From the NCBI GenBank assembly GCA_964552005.1, contig CAZKFC010000001.1, positions 109,934-173,933 of the forward strand: a DNA stretch of 64,000 nt, read 5' to 3'. Position 1 is the first letter of the stretch. Each line of letters starts with the position of its first letter. Positions 28,772 to 40,196 of this stretch are shown here, in pieces. The position numbers were made by a program, and so were the translations under genes. The DNA comes from an uncultured Methanosarcinales archaeon (GTDB lineage: Archaea; Nanobdellota; Nanobdellia; Woesearchaeales; GW2011-AR15). A model generated the notes under the pieces. It did no database searches, was not told the DNA's origin, and was given only the letters and a program-made list of their open reading frames with translations.

Positions 28772-30001
28772 TTCTTTTTTTTCTTTTTTCTCAAGTTTTT
28801 TTGTTTCTTTTGTTTTAAATATAATTGTTCCAAATATTGAAACAAACGAAGTTGCAAATATTAATAATAACACAATTTCTGGAAATGAAGGAATTATGAT
28901 GCCTTCATTATATGGTAAAAACGCAAGTAGAGTAGCTACAAATCCTCTTGGCACCATTGTAGATATTAAAAAAGCATTTCTTTTATATTTATGTTCAAAA
29001 AGAGAAATTATTCTTACACCAAGATATCTTGTTGCAATCATAATAACTAAAATACCAATAGTCATATATATTATTGGTAGTGTAACTAAACTGAGATCTG
29101 TTATCATGCCTAAAAACACAAAGAAGAATGTTTTTATAAAAAATGAAAAATCAAGTTGTATTAATCGTATTGATTTTAGTGATTGTATGTGTTCTTTCCG
29201 ATAGAATTTTTCTTTCAGGTTTAATGCTTTTATTATAGGACGTATATTACCCAGTAGTAAAGAAAAGAATAATGTTGCCATAACGCCACTTCCGCCAAAA
29301 AATTCTGCTATACCATATAAAATGAAAATCATTGCTAATATAAACACATAATTACGCTTTTTATGGGGAGGTATTTGCTTGACAGTTTTAAACCAGATTG
29401 AAAAAAAGACAATAGCAAACAATAATCCAATAGAAAATTCCACTAAAACAGACTGAATCATAGCAAAAACAGAGTTTAATAACGAGAAGGACTCTTGTTT
29501 GAGTATATTAATTAAAGAAACAGCTATTAAAATTAAAGTTGTATCATTTAATATGGATTCTAATACAAGAAGATGTTTGGTTTCCCTATTTATTTTAAGC
29601 CCTTCCAATAAAACTTGTACCATGACCGTAGTTGTACCGCTTGACACAACTCCTAGCAGAAATCCGTGCAACAAATTCCATCCAAAAACAAAGTGTACAA
29701 AAAAACCCACTAACACAGTTATTAAAACATTTACAATGACAGTAAATAAAGTTGCGTCCAACATCTTTTTGAGTAGTAAGGATAAGTCAAATTCAAGTCC
29801 ACTATCTATTAATATAATTAAAATAGCTAACGTCGCAAAAATACCTGCCACAGCCCTGAAATCCGCGGGATTAATTAAACCAAAAATAGGTCCAATTAAT
29901 AACCCAATAATGATCATAAATAAAGCTTCAGGAATTTTGGTTTTTTCAGAAAAAATATTGGCAATATAACCTACCATAATTATTAATCCCAAAAACAACA
30001 C
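28745..30001 (-). CDS. cation:proton antiporter (NhaP/CPA1)
   Basis: About 12 TMs; LESILND, FFFVFLG, PRG. Confidence 0.88.
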   Translation of the reverse strand: MLFLGLIIMVGYIANIFSEKTKIPEALFMIIIGLLIGPIFGLINPADFRAVAGIFATLAILIILIDSGLEFDLSLLLKKMLDATLFTVIVNVLITVLVGFFVHFVFGWNLLHGFLLGVVSSGTTTVMVQVLLEGLKINRETKHLLVLESILNDTTLILIAVSLINILKQESFSLLNSVFAMIQSVLVEFSIGLLFAIVFFSIWFKTVKQIPPHKKRNYVFILAMIFILYGIAEFFGGSGVMATLFFSLLLGNIRPIIKALNLKEKFYRKEHIQSLKSIRLIQLDFSFFIKTFFFVFLGMITDLSLVTLPIIYMTIGILVIMIATRYLGVRIISLFEHKYKRNAFLISTMVPRGFVATLLAFLPYNEGIIIPSFPEIVLLLIFATSFVSIFGTIIFKTKETKKLEKKEKKELTIHKTDI

Positions 30002-30073
30002 TGTCTCAACTGCGATATATTCCCACCCTTAAATTAGTTATGCAAAAAAATTGTTCTCCTTAAAAAGTTTTCC

Positions 30074-30430
30074 TTATATCTCTTTCACTCCATTTACTGT
30101 GTAAGTAACTAATCTAATTCCTAGACCTAATTTAAGTAATGCAGAAAGAACTGCCATATGTTCTTTTCCTGTGCCGGAAGTTAAGTTTAGGGCAACCTCT
30201 GTTCCCTGGATTTTGTCTTTTAGGGCATCCCGGATTTTATCTATAAGTAATTCAATGCTTTCATTAGAATTAATAATAATGAAGTCCATGTTCTCATCTT
30301 TATTAAAAGTTTCACTCCCAAATTCATTAGTTATAAGAAAAACCTTGTCCCAGTCTTCACTCTTTATTAACCTGCCAACCTGACCCCATGTTCCTTTCCC
30401 AGTACTTATTAATGCAACTAGTTCTGTCAT
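30074..30430 (-). CDS. small Rossmann-like, CARF-like protein
   Basis: LISTGKGT and ALNLTSGTGKEHMA resemble the two CARF motifs. Confidence 0.55.
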   Translation of the reverse strand: MTELVALISTGKGTWGQVGRLIKSEDWDKVFLITNEFGSETFNKDENMDFIIINSNESIELLIDKIRDALKDKIQGTEVALNLTSGTGKEHMAVLSALLKLGLGIRLVTYTVNGVKEI

Positions 30431-30463
30431 ATTTTATAGACAATGGAGATACATTTTTAAAAA

Positions 30464-30900
30464 TTATCCTGTTTCTTTATTTTTATATCTAAATAGTGCA
30501 CTCCATACAGTATTGCGGTGTTTATTCAGTAATTTTGAAATTTTGGTAATTGAGAATCCTAACTCTAATAGGTGAGTACAAACAATTTCTAATATACTAT
30601 AATTTCTGTTAGAGAATTCGTTTACATCTATGAAATAATCTCTTCTCTTTTTAGGAAAGGGCTCTTTTATTTTTTTGATAGCCGAGTGATATGTTGTCCA
30701 TATCGTGCGATGATCTCTATTCAATAATAAGGCAATTTGACTTATTTTTAACAAATAATTTTCCTTAAGATATTTTACAAGGCTTTCTAACGGGCTAGTT
30801 TTATGTGAGAAGATTGATATGGGAATGAGAATTTTTTTTTGTAATAACTGAATTATGTCTACGTCAGAAATTTCATATCTGTCTTGTAGTTTAGACAGGG
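30464..30900 (-). CDS. tandem-HTH DNA-binding protein, start uncertain
   Basis: Two repeats: IPISIFSHKTSPLESLVKYLKENYLLKISQIALLLNRDHRTIWT and IDVNEFSNRNYSILEIVCTHLLELGFSITKISKLLNKHRNTVWS; first repeat begins upstream of the TTG at 30754. Confidence 0.6.
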
Positions 30901-30948
30901 TTCTTTCAAATGATTTTGTATTCTTAGGTCTCTTTAAATTAGTAGATG

Positions 30949-31008
30949 TACTTAATTTGTAGGCAAAATATTTTCTTTTAATTTTATTAATACTTAATTT
31001 GTAGGCAA
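30949..31008. repeat. 18-bp perfect direct repeat TACTTAATTTGTAGGCAA x2
   Basis: Copies at 30949-30966 and 30991-31008, period 42 bp. Confidence 0.85.
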
Positions 31009-31072
31009 CTATTATTTATATTTTGCCATTGGACATAAGATTTATAAAACTACCTTTATTATATGAAAAAAC

Positions 31073-31639
31073 ATGTTATTTACAATTAATGAGTTAATTG
31101 ATTTGGTAATTATGATTTTAGCTATAGGATATATTTTTTCTACTTTTGTAAAAAGAAAACCTATTTCAGGGTATGATCCTCTGGCATATTATCAAAGACA
31201 ACCAATAATTGAAGATATTAAATATGGTGCGATGATAGCAGCACCCGCCATAGTTTTACATGAACTTGCTCATAAGTTTGTGGCAATGGGTTTCGGCGCA
31301 ACTGCTATATTACATGCACCAATTAACTGGTACATTATTATAATTATCATGAGATTACTTAATTTTCCTTTGCTTTTTTTTGTGGGTGGATATGTTACCC
31401 ACACATATTTACCGCCTTTGCAATCTGCGTTAGTTGCTGCTGCTGGTCCCTTAATGAATTTGTTATTGTTTGGAATAGCCAGATTAATACTTAAGTTTAA
31501 ACTAGTAGACAGAAAATATTATGAAGTTGTTGCGATATCTGGCAGATTGAGCATGTTTCTATTTATATTTAACATGATACCTTTGCCGGGTTTTGATGGC
31601 TTTCATTTCTTTACAGAACTAATAAAATTTATATTCTAG
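31073..31639 (+). CDS. site-2 protease (peptidase M50)
   Basis: HELAH, AAAGPLMN, FNMIPLPGFDG. Confidence 0.88.
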   Translation: MLFTINELIDLVIMILAIGYIFSTFVKRKPISGYDPLAYYQRQPIIEDIKYGAMIAAPAIVLHELAHKFVAMGFGATAILHAPINWYIIIIIMRLLNFPLLFFVGGYVTHTYLPPLQSALVAAAGPLMNLLLFGIARLILKFKLVDRKYYEVVAISGRLSMFLFIFNMIPLPGFDGFHFFTELIKFIF

Positions 31640-31695
31640 GGTCGTAAAGTTTTTATACCAGTATCTACTCTTATATAGAAAAAGGGGGCTGAAAC

Positions 31696-34600
31696 TTGAG
31701 GAAGGGTCTTGGATATATTTTTTTATTGTTGGTTTTAATAGGTGTTGTATATGCTTCATTTAATGTTAACCTTGAATCTCCTTTAGATAATATTTTTCTT
31801 AATTATAATGATGTTAATTTTACATTTAATGTTACAGGTAATTATTCTTATTATAATTGTAGTATTTATACTAATCATACAGGTAGCTGGTTGCTTAATT
31901 CAACTAATTCTTCTGTGAAAAATTATACATCTACCCCCTTTACCTTAAATAATCTGCCAGAGGGCGGGTTTATTTGGAATGTCTATTGTGTTAATGCAAC
32001 AGAAGAAAATTGGAGTGTTTCAAACTACACTTTCACAGTTGACACTATTAATCCAAATTGGTCTAATAATGTTACTAGTCCATCTTCTGGAGCAACATAT
32101 TCAACTGGAGTAAATTATTTTTTTAATGTAACCTGGACTGATGTTAATTTAGACAGTGTATGGATAGAGCATAACTTTACAGGCGGATCTCCTCAGAATG
32201 ATACCAACATGAGCGGTGTTGGAGATAATTATTTTTACAACACGTCAAATTTAGCTGCAGGCGTATATTATTGGAGAATGTATGCCAATGACAGTGCTGG
32301 TAATTTAAACTTAACGTATGCTTTTGTTTATACAGTAAATAAGGCAAGTTCTTCTGTAAATTTAACATTGAATGGCACAGCAAATAATTTCTCAATTAAT
32401 ATGGGAGATAGTGTTAACATTACTGGAAACTTGGAGGTGGGAGAAGGTATTCTTGAATTGTACAGAGAAGGAAGTTTAATAAATAGTGGCAGTTCACCGA
32501 TATCAAACATTAGTGTTTTTAATACACCAGGCACTTATAATATTTCAGTAACTTATCCAGCAACACAGAATTATTCTTTTGGTTCTGAAACTTGGTGGGT
32601 ACATGTTAATGATACTTCGGTACCAAACATTACTTTTATTTCACCACAAAATAATTCAGTGATTAGTCAAACTAATGTAATATTAAATGTTACTACAAGT
32701 GTTTTAAGTACGTGTCAATATATCTTAGATGGTGGAAGTTATGACAATATCACAACCAATTTTATTACAATTCACAATATAACATTAACAAGTTTATCAG
32801 ATGCCTTGCATAATATAACTGTTAATTGTACTAACCAGTTTAGTAATAGCACAGTTGAAAGTATTAGTTTTACAGTCGATGCTACTTATCCAGGATGGTC
32901 TAATAATGTAAGTTATCCAAGTTCTCCTCTAAATTATACAGGGGCACAAAATTACCAGTTTAATGTTACTTGGATAGATTCTAATCTAGACAGTGTTTGG
33001 ATTGAACACAATTTTAACGGCACATTGCTTAATTATACTAATGTTCCTAATGTAAGTAATGTGTATTTCTATAATTACACAAATTTAGCAGCGGGCACAT
33101 ATCAATGGCGTATGTTTGCTAATGATTCTGTTGGAAATGTAAATTATACAGATGCATTTGTCTACACTATCAATAGGGCAGCTTCTAATGTGTCTTTAAA
33201 ATTAAACGGTAGTTCAGCAAATATGTCTATAGATGAAGGAGATAGTGTTAATATTACTGCAGTATTAATAACAGGAGAAGCTAATATTGAATTATATAAC
33301 AATGGTCTTTTAATAAATAATGGCAGTTCACCTTTAGAAAATATTACAATATTCAACACAGCAGGCACTTATAATATTACAGTTAATTATCCAACAACAC
33401 AAAATTATACTAGCGACTCAGAGACATGGTGGGTGATTGTAAATGACACTTCAGCCCCTGTTTTAACTTTTGTATCACCAGTAAATGGATCAACAACAAA
33501 CGAAACATTTGTTATTTTAAATTTAACAACCGATGATTCTTCAACATGTCAATATTTTAGGAATAATGGCAATTACACAAACATTACAACTAGTTACACA
33601 ACACTGCATAATATAACATTAACAAGTTTATTAGATGCCTTGCATAATATAACTGTTAATTGTACTAACCAATTTTCTTTAGACACAGTTGAGTCTATTA
33701 GTATAACTGTAGATACTGTAGGATCCTCTGTTGTAATTAATTATCCTACTAATAATTTGACAATAAATAATCAATTAATAGAGCTTAACTTTACATTAAA
33801 TGAGAGTAATCCGGATAGTGCATGGTACACTAAAAATTACAATAATACAAAATATCCTTTGAGCTCATTAAGTGATGGTATTAATTTGGAGAACATATCT
33901 TTACAGAAAGCAGGGTGGCACATCTTAACATTATATGTTAATGACACAAGCGGTTATGAAGCATATGATACAGTTTTCTTTTACCTTAATTTAAGTATTA
34001 ATTTAACAGAGTGGACAAATAACTTAAATGTAAGTTTAGATGATGTTGATTCTGTTGAACCATTTAACTCTACAGGAGATTTAATTACAGGGAATGTCAG
34101 TGCAAAAGATCCAATTTCACTAGAACTCAACTTTACAGACATTTCTGTTAACATATATAATTTCACTGGTACATATGCAAACTGGGAATATTTGTTTGAT
34201 GTAACTGATACAGACGCAACATTTGTAAGTGATGTACAAGCAGAAGGGAAAAACCCTGTTGATTATGTTTATTTCAAAAACTTTACGAAATTCTTTAACC
34301 AGAGCAATGATTATTATAGTAAAGTCAAACTGCCAAATAATGTGAGTGCATACACTGGGATTTTTTATTGCAACAGTTCTGATGCATCAAGTTGCTCAGA
34401 GATATCACCATGTTCAGGAAGTTTCACAGAATCTACAGGGACAGCATGCTATAATAATACTGCAGATAATGTTTTTGTGTATGTGCCGCATTTCAGCGCT
34501 GTATTTGGAGATAATGATACTTTGCAGCCAGTAATAAATATAACTGCTCCTACAAATAACTCTGTGGTGGGGCAAAGTTATCAAATTCCTTTAACATTTA

Positions 34601-36075
34601 CGGTTAACGAATATTCAAACTGTGGTTATGCAATTAATAATGGTGCTTTAACTGGACTGGGTTGGGAAACAACTTTCAGCACTAACTTTAATCATTATGT
34701 AAATGAAAAAATAAATGTAACAGTAAATTGTACAGATCCAGAAAGTAATACTGCAAGTTCTACTATTAACATTACCATTAATGATGTTACAGATCCTATT
34801 ATATCAGAAACAGTTACTGTTACAGATGATGATGTGGACATAGATTTCACTACTAATGAGCCTACTAATTACAGTGTTGAAATAGAAGGTGATACTACAA
34901 GCACATATGATGAAACAGAGACATCAGCGAGTTGGTCAACTTCACATTCAGAATCTTTCAACAGCATAGGTGATGATGACTACGATTATACTATTATAGC
35001 GTGTGATCAGCTTGGTAATTGTGAGACTGAAACAGGCACTTTTACAGTTGATACTAGTGCAGATGACGAAGACACAGGTGGTGGCGGAGGGGGAGGCGGT
35101 GGCAGTGGCGCTGCTTCTTCGGCAACAACAGTCAGCCAGGTATGGCAGACACCCTCAAAAGGACAATATTTAATGAACATACCAAGTACAGCAATCGCCT
35201 TTACCGAAATAGATTTTACTTTAAAAAAGGACTTAACAAAGAATTTATTGTTAACTGTGCAGACAAGAGACCTCCCGAGTTATATTCCGGAATTAAAAGA
35301 TAACAAGATATTCCAATACATTAAGATTGACAAATACCCTATTGTAGATGAAGATTTAAGCAAGGTAGAAATTAAATTTAGGGTTGACAAATCATGGTCA
35401 AACACCAATAATATTGATATTAATACAGTAAGTTTATGGCGCTACACAAATAAATGGGTGAAATTAACAACTACAAAGAAAACCACAGATTCCAATTATA
35501 TATATTACGAAGTTACTTCTCCAGGGCTAAGTTATTTTGCGATTGCCGGCACAGAGATTGTGGCAACTTCTGATACAGGGGTAACAGAGCAAAATGCTTC
35601 GACAGGATCAACACCAACCGGAGAAGCAGTTGAAGAAGTGACGACAACAGAACAACAAGACCAGCCAGAAGAAACAACTAAGAAAAAGAAAATATCCGGT
35701 TTTATCTGGATACCACTTGTAATACTTCTTTTAGTGGTCGGGGCGGGCGCTGGTTTCATTTACTATCAGAGAAATTTGTCTGTCCAGACAGATGATGAAT
35801 TAAAAAGTTTAAGGGATTATGTCGAAAGATGTAAATCAGAAGGCATTGAGTTTAAACACATTAGAGACACTTTAGTTAAGGCTGGATGGTCAGAATCTAT
35901 AATAGATTTAGTGTTGCACGATGTAGACATACCAAAAAAAGACATGGATCAATTGCTTAACTATATTAGTGTGTTAAGAAACAAGGGTAAATTAGATGAA
36001 GATATAAAAACTAACTTAAGGAAAGCGGGCTGGCAGGAAGAAGTCATTGAGGAAGCAATGAAGAAAGCCAAATAA
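31696..36075 (+). CDS. large surface glycoprotein with Ig-like repeats and PGF-pre-PGF domain
   Basis: Signal peptide, very many N-x-S/T sequons, about 279-aa tandem duplication, VPHFS, poly-Gly linker, TSPGLSYFAI, C-terminal TM and cytoplasmic tail. Confidence 0.8.
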   Translation: MRKGLGYIFLLLVLIGVVYASFNVNLESPLDNIFLNYNDVNFTFNVTGNYSYYNCSIYTNHTGSWLLNSTNSSVKNYTSTPFTLNNLPEGGFIWNVYCVNATEENWSVSNYTFTVDTINPNWSNNVTSPSSGATYSTGVNYFFNVTWTDVNLDSVWIEHNFTGGSPQNDTNMSGVGDNYFYNTSNLAAGVYYWRMYANDSAGNLNLTYAFVYTVNKASSSVNLTLNGTANNFSINMGDSVNITGNLEVGEGILELYREGSLINSGSSPISNISVFNTPGTYNISVTYPATQNYSFGSETWWVHVNDTSVPNITFISPQNNSVISQTNVILNVTTSVLSTCQYILDGGSYDNITTNFITIHNITLTSLSDALHNITVNCTNQFSNSTVESISFTVDATYPGWSNNVSYPSSPLNYTGAQNYQFNVTWIDSNLDSVWIEHNFNGTLLNYTNVPNVSNVYFYNYTNLAAGTYQWRMFANDSVGNVNYTDAFVYTINRAASNVSLKLNGSSANMSIDEGDSVNITAVLITGEANIELYNNGLLINNGSSPLENITIFNTAGTYNITVNYPTTQNYTSDSETWWVIVNDTSAPVLTFVSPVNGSTTNETFVILNLTTDDSSTCQYFRNNGNYTNITTSYTTLHNITLTSLLDALHNITVNCTNQFSLDTVESISITVDTVGSSVVINYPTNNLTINNQLIELNFTLNESNPDSAWYTKNYNNTKYPLSSLSDGINLENISLQKAGWHILTLYVNDTSGYEAYDTVFFYLNLSINLTEWTNNLNVSLDDVDSVEPFNSTGDLITGNVSAKDPISLELNFTDISVNIYNFTGTYANWEYLFDVTDTDATFVSDVQAEGKNPVDYVYFKNFTKFFNQSNDYYSKVKLPNNVSAYTGIFYCNSSDASSCSEISPCSGSFTESTGTACYNNTADNVFVYVPHFSAVFGDNDTLQPVINITAPTNNSVVGQSYQIPLTFTVNEYSNCGYAINNGALTGLGWETTFSTNFNHYVNEKINVTVNCTDPESNTASSTINITINDVTDPIISETVTVTDDDVDIDFTTNEPTNYSVEIEGDTTSTYDETETSASWSTSHSESFNSIGDDDYDYTIIACDQLGNCETETGTFTVDTSADDEDTGGGGGGGGGSGAASSATTVSQVWQTPSKGQYLMNIPSTAIAFTEIDFTLKKDLTKNLLLTVQTRDLPSYIPELKDNKIFQYIKIDKYPIVDEDLSKVEIKFRVDKSWSNTNNIDINTVSLWRYTNKWVKLTTTKKTTDSNYIYYEVTSPGLSYFAIAGTEIVATSDTGVTEQNASTGSTPTGEAVEEVTTTEQQDQPEETTKKKKISGFIWIPLVILLLVVGAGAGFIYYQRNLSVQTDDELKSLRDYVERCKSEGIEFKHIRDTLVKAGWSESIIDLVLHDVDIPKKDMDQLLNYISVLRNKGKLDEDIKTNLRKAGWQEEVIEEAMKKAK
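32030..33715 (+). repeat. intragenic tandem duplication of about 835 bp
   Basis: FTVD..P.WSNN...FNVTW.D.NLDSVWIEHNF...SETWWV.VNDTS.P...LHNITVNCTNQFS occurs twice. Confidence 0.85.
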
Positions 36076-36510
36076 TTAATTTTTAATCATGTCTCCAATA
36101 GTAAATTTCTGGGTTTTTGTTTTTAGGTTTTGAGGTTCAATTTCTTTTGTCTCAACTAAGCTTATGTCTAACTGCCGTTCCAATTTACGCGCCAGGTCCA
36201 AGGGCGGAGTATAATTGCCAGATTCAATTTTATGTATTAAGGATTCTTTCTCTGTGAGAAACTTTGCAAATTCTTTTTGTTTTAATCCTAATTTTTCACG
36301 TTTCTCCCTAATAATCTTGGGATAATCTTCCCTGATAACCTGTATTACTTCGCGCTCAGGTTTTTTTTTCTTTACTATGGTTTTTTTTATAACAGGTTTT
36401 TTAACTACCTGGCCGAAGGAAGAGCATTGTTTGCAAACTCTAAGTTCAACACCTTCAATCAGCGCCGTAACTAATTTCTTTTCTGCACCGCACATTTCAC
36501 AAGCTGGCAT
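36076..36510 (-). CDS. archaeal multiprotein bridging factor 1 (aMBF1)
   Basis: CEMCG..VCKQCSSFG Zn ribbon, HTH, FTIGD tail. Confidence 0.9.
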   Translation of the reverse strand: MPACEMCGAEKKLVTALIEGVELRVCKQCSSFGQVVKKPVIKKTIVKKKKPEREVIQVIREDYPKIIREKREKLGLKQKEFAKFLTEKESLIHKIESGNYTPPLDLARKLERQLDISLVETKEIEPQNLKTKTQKFTIGDMIKN

Positions 36511-36515
36511 TTTTC

Positions 36516-37655
36516 TTACTTGGTAAATTTTAACATATTAAAAATCTCTTTTCCCTGGTTAAAAAGATATGACTTAGCTATTTTAAATTTATGTTTTTTC
36601 GCTATTTCAACTAAGAGCTCTTTATCTTTTACTAATAAAACAATAACGCCATCTTTTTTTAGTATGATAGAGGCTTGATGCAAAAATTCGCTATACATAT
36701 TTCTTAATCTAGGAATGTTTTTGTGTTTTGACATCCTTGGCGGGTCTGTAACAATGCAGTCAACTGAGTTTTTTTCAAATTTAGTTGAGAGCCAGTCAAC
36801 ACTTACTTTACTTAAATTAAGGTTTTTTTCTATGCCTGCCAACTTAGCATTTTTTTGGCTAGCCTTTAAATATCTCAACTGGAAGTCATAACCGAATATG
36901 TTGGTTTTTTCCTTTATAATTTTAGAATCATGTCCCTTAAAAAATTCCTTTTCAAATGCCTTAAAAAAATCAAACTTTGTAAAAAACAATTTGTCTTTGT
37001 TATAATACTGCACAGGAAATTTAGTTGCGTATAATGTGGCCTCAATAGGAATTACACCAGAGCCCATGAATGGATCTATTAAAATTTTATCTTTAGTAAA
37101 TCCGCTTTCCTTAACAAGAGAATATCCAGTTACACCTTTCAATGATTCAGGATGGTTAAATATTTTATACTGTCTTTTCGCTAATTCAAACCCTGAAAAA
37201 TCTATCCCAAAATAGCCTTTATTATTATATATGTATAAATAAAATATTAAATCAGGATTATCAAACTCTGTTTTCAAGTTTTTATGTTTTTTTATTATTA
37301 AATTGGCAACTTTGCCAGCAATATCCACGCTGTGGAAGTCATGCTTTCCAGCACGTTTGCATTTTACAATAAACGAAGTTTTAATCCAGTTAGACAAGTC
37401 AATTTTTTCTAACTCTGTCTTTATATTATTTACAGATTTTTTCAATGTTTTTTCAACTGTAAACTCAGTCAAAAGCAAGCCTGCCCTGAACATGGACTGT
37501 GCTTTGTAGCATACTGAGCATAAATCAATCAAGTCTTTAAAAGAAAATTTAATAACGGTTTCTTCTTTTACAACATTTTTACATCTGATTAACTCTTTTA
37601 ATTCTAGAGCAGTAATATGTTCAATGCCTTTACTAGTTATGGCAAAACCTTTCAT
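36516..37655 (-). CDS. THUMP-domain RNA methyltransferase (Trm14-like)
   Basis: CKRAGKHDFHSVD, LAKRQYK, DPFMGSGVIPIEA, TDPP. Confidence 0.8.
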   Translation of the reverse strand: MKGFAITSKGIEHITALELKELIRCKNVVKEETVIKFSFKDLIDLCSVCYKAQSMFRAGLLLTEFTVEKTLKKSVNNIKTELEKIDLSNWIKTSFIVKCKRAGKHDFHSVDIAGKVANLIIKKHKNLKTEFDNPDLIFYLYIYNNKGYFGIDFSGFELAKRQYKIFNHPESLKGVTGYSLVKESGFTKDKILIDPFMGSGVIPIEATLYATKFPVQYYNKDKLFFTKFDFFKAFEKEFFKGHDSKIIKEKTNIFGYDFQLRYLKASQKNAKLAGIEKNLNLSKVSVDWLSTKFEKNSVDCIVTDPPRMSKHKNIPRLRNMYSEFLHQASIILKKDGVIVLLVKDKELLVEIAKKHKFKIAKSYLFNQGKEIFNMLKFTK

Positions 37656-37687
37656 ACTTTTTAGAAAAATTATGTTGTTTTTAAGAC

Positions 37688-40120
37688 TTACCCAAGAATC
37701 TTAGCAGCATCAGCAACTTTATCTCCTTTGTTTAGTCTCATTAATCTAACACCTTGAGTGTTTCTACCAATAACAGATATAAATTTAGCGCTAGTCCTTA
37801 TAACTTGGCCAGCTACACTGATAAACATCAATCCAGTTTCATCATCAACTGTTTTTATTGTTACTACACGGCCATTACGTTCAGTAGTTTTTATATTAAT
37901 AACACCACTTCCTCCTCTGTTAATTAATCTGTAATCTTTAATAGGAGTTCTTTTTCCGTAACCATTTTCTGTAACAGTAAGTAGAGTTTTAGTTTCATCT
38001 GCCACAACCATTCCTATAACACGGTCATCTTTTTTCTTTAATCTAATGCCGCGAACACCAAGAGAATGTCTGCTTACACTTCTTACATCTGTTTCATTAA
38101 ACCGGACAGCCATACCTTGTCTTGTAGCCATAATTAATTGTTGATTGCCGTCTGTTTTAACAACATCGATAACATCATCATTTTCTCGTAAGTTAATGGC
38201 CCAGATACCTCCCTGTCTCGGCCTAGAATATGCTCTTAATTTTGTTTTTTTAACTAAGCCCTTGGCTGTTGCAAATACCAAATATTCTTGATCTTTAAAA
38301 TCTTTTACTGGAATTACTGCAGATATTTTTTCATTTTTTTCAACACCAACCAGATTAACTATTGCTTTGCCTTTTGAATATCTGCCAACTTCAGGTATAC
38401 GATAAACTTTTAACCAATATACTTTACCTTTATCTGTGAATATTAATAGGTATGAATGTGTATTAGCAATAAATAAATGCTCAATAAAATCTTCTTCTTT
38501 TGTCTCTGCTCCAATAACGCCTTTACCGCCACGCATTTGTTGTTTATATTCTGTTAACTGCATTCTTTTTATATAGCCACTATGAGAAATTGTAACAACA
38601 ACATCTTCTTCTTCTATCAAATCTTCTATATCAATATCTTCTTCATAATCAATTATATCTGTTCTACGCTCATCACCATATTTCTCGATTAATTCTTCTT
38701 GTTCTTTAACAATGATCTGTAATATTTTATTTTTATCAGCCAGGATGCTTTCTAAACTAGCGATTGTTTTTAATAATTCATCATATTCAGACTTTATCTT
38801 TTGTTGTTCTAGTGCAGCTAATCTTTGTAATTTCATGTCAAGAATTGCCTTGGCTTGCTCAAGGCTTAACTTATAACTTTTTATTAAAGCGGTTTGGGCA
38901 GCTTCGGCATTCTTTGATTTCTTTATCCTATCAATAACTTTATCAATGTTTTTTAATGCAATAATTAAGCCTTCAAGGATATGTGCACGGTGTTTAGCTT
39001 TCTTTAGCTCATATTTTGTTTTCCTTGTTATAATTATTACTCTGTGCTCTATGAAATGCTCAATCATGCTTTTTAAGTTGAGAGTTTTTGGTATGTTATT
39101 CACAAGAGCTAAAAATCTTACACCATAAACGCTTTCCAGTCTGGAATTTTTATACAACTGGTTCATGACAATCTCATAATTAGAATTCTTTTTTAAAGTT
39201 AAAACAACGCGCATACCTTCTCTATCTGACTCATCCCTTAATTCTGCCAAATCAGTAATTATTTTTTTCTTGACAAGGTCAGCAATATTTTCTAATAAAA
39301 CAGATTTGTTAACCATGTAAGGTATTTCTTTTATTATTAATGATGTTCGACCTTTCTTTTCCTCAACTTCTATACGGGCTCTTAGCCTTATCTTGCCCTT
39401 GCCAGTGCTGTAAGCTTGTTTAATGCCTGAATCCCCACACAATAATCCGCCAGTAGGGAAATCAGGTCCCTTTATAATCTCGCTTAGTTGTAATATGGAT
39501 ATATCAGGATTTTCAATAGTCATAATAATGGCACGGCAGATTTCTTTTAAATTATGAGGAGGTATGTTGGTTGCCATGCCGACCGCAATGCCAGAAGAGC
39601 CATTGATAAGCAGGTTTGGTATTTTACTTGGTAATATCACTGGTTCATTTAAAGAGCCGTCAAAATTCGGTGTAAAATCAACTGTTTCTTTATCAATATC
39701 AGCCAGTATCTCAGTAGAAATCTTTTCTAGCCTTGCTTCTGTGTATCTCATGGCAGCAGCTGAATCTCCATCTATGCTGCCAAAATTGCCCTGTCCCCTA
39801 ATTAAAGGATATCTTAAAGACCAGGGCTGTGCCATTCTAACTAAAGCATCATATACACTAGAATCGCCATGAGGATGCCATTTACCTAAACAATCACCAA
39901 CAATACGTGCGCATTTTTTAAATGGCTTGCCATGTTGTAAACCAAGGTCCATCATCGTATATAAAACACGTCTATGAACTGGTTTGAGGCCATCTCTTAT
40001 ATCTGGTAGGGCCCTAGCAACAATGACAGACATAGCATAATCTAGGAAATTTGATTTAAGCTCATCTTCAATTACAATTGGAATAATCCTATCTTTTTTT
40101 TCAGTGTTATCTTGGCTCAT
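37688..40120 (-). CDS. gyrA: DNA gyrase subunit A
   Basis: [28 protein letters not shown], GyrA-box QMRGGKG. Confidence 0.97.
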   Translation of the reverse strand: MSQDNTEKKDRIIPIVIEDELKSNFLDYAMSVIVARALPDIRDGLKPVHRRVLYTMMDLGLQHGKPFKKCARIVGDCLGKWHPHGDSSVYDALVRMAQPWSLRYPLIRGQGNFGSIDGDSAAAMRYTEARLEKISTEILADIDKETVDFTPNFDGSLNEPVILPSKIPNLLINGSSGIAVGMATNIPPHNLKEICRAIIMTIENPDISILQLSEIIKGPDFPTGGLLCGDSGIKQAYSTGKGKIRLRARIEVEEKKGRTSLIIKEIPYMVNKSVLLENIADLVKKKIITDLAELRDESDREGMRVVLTLKKNSNYEIVMNQLYKNSRLESVYGVRFLALVNNIPKTLNLKSMIEHFIEHRVIIITRKTKYELKKAKHRAHILEGLIIALKNIDKVIDRIKKSKNAEAAQTALIKSYKLSLEQAKAILDMKLQRLAALEQQKIKSEYDELLKTIASLESILADKNKILQIIVKEQEELIEKYGDERRTDIIDYEEDIDIEDLIEEEDVVVTISHSGYIKRMQLTEYKQQMRGGKGVIGAETKEEDFIEHLFIANTHSYLLIFTDKGKVYWLKVYRIPEVGRYSKGKAIVNLVGVEKNEKISAVIPVKDFKDQEYLVFATAKGLVKKTKLRAYSRPRQGGIWAINLRENDDVIDVVKTDGNQQLIMATRQGMAVRFNETDVRSVSRHSLGVRGIRLKKKDDRVIGMVVADETKTLLTVTENGYGKRTPIKDYRLINRGGSGVINIKTTERNGRVVTIKTVDDETGLMFISVAGQVIRTSAKFISVIGRNTQGVRLMRLNKGDKVADAAKILG

Positions 40121-40196
40121 TTTTTAGTCAATTTTTGCTTAGAAAACAAGTATTTTTGTCCTCTATAAAACTAAATATTTTCGTATTTAAAAAGGT

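Noticed and set aside
35077..35110. G-rich tract as regulatory or phase-variable element
   Set aside because: Encodes a poly-Gly linker with mixed codons
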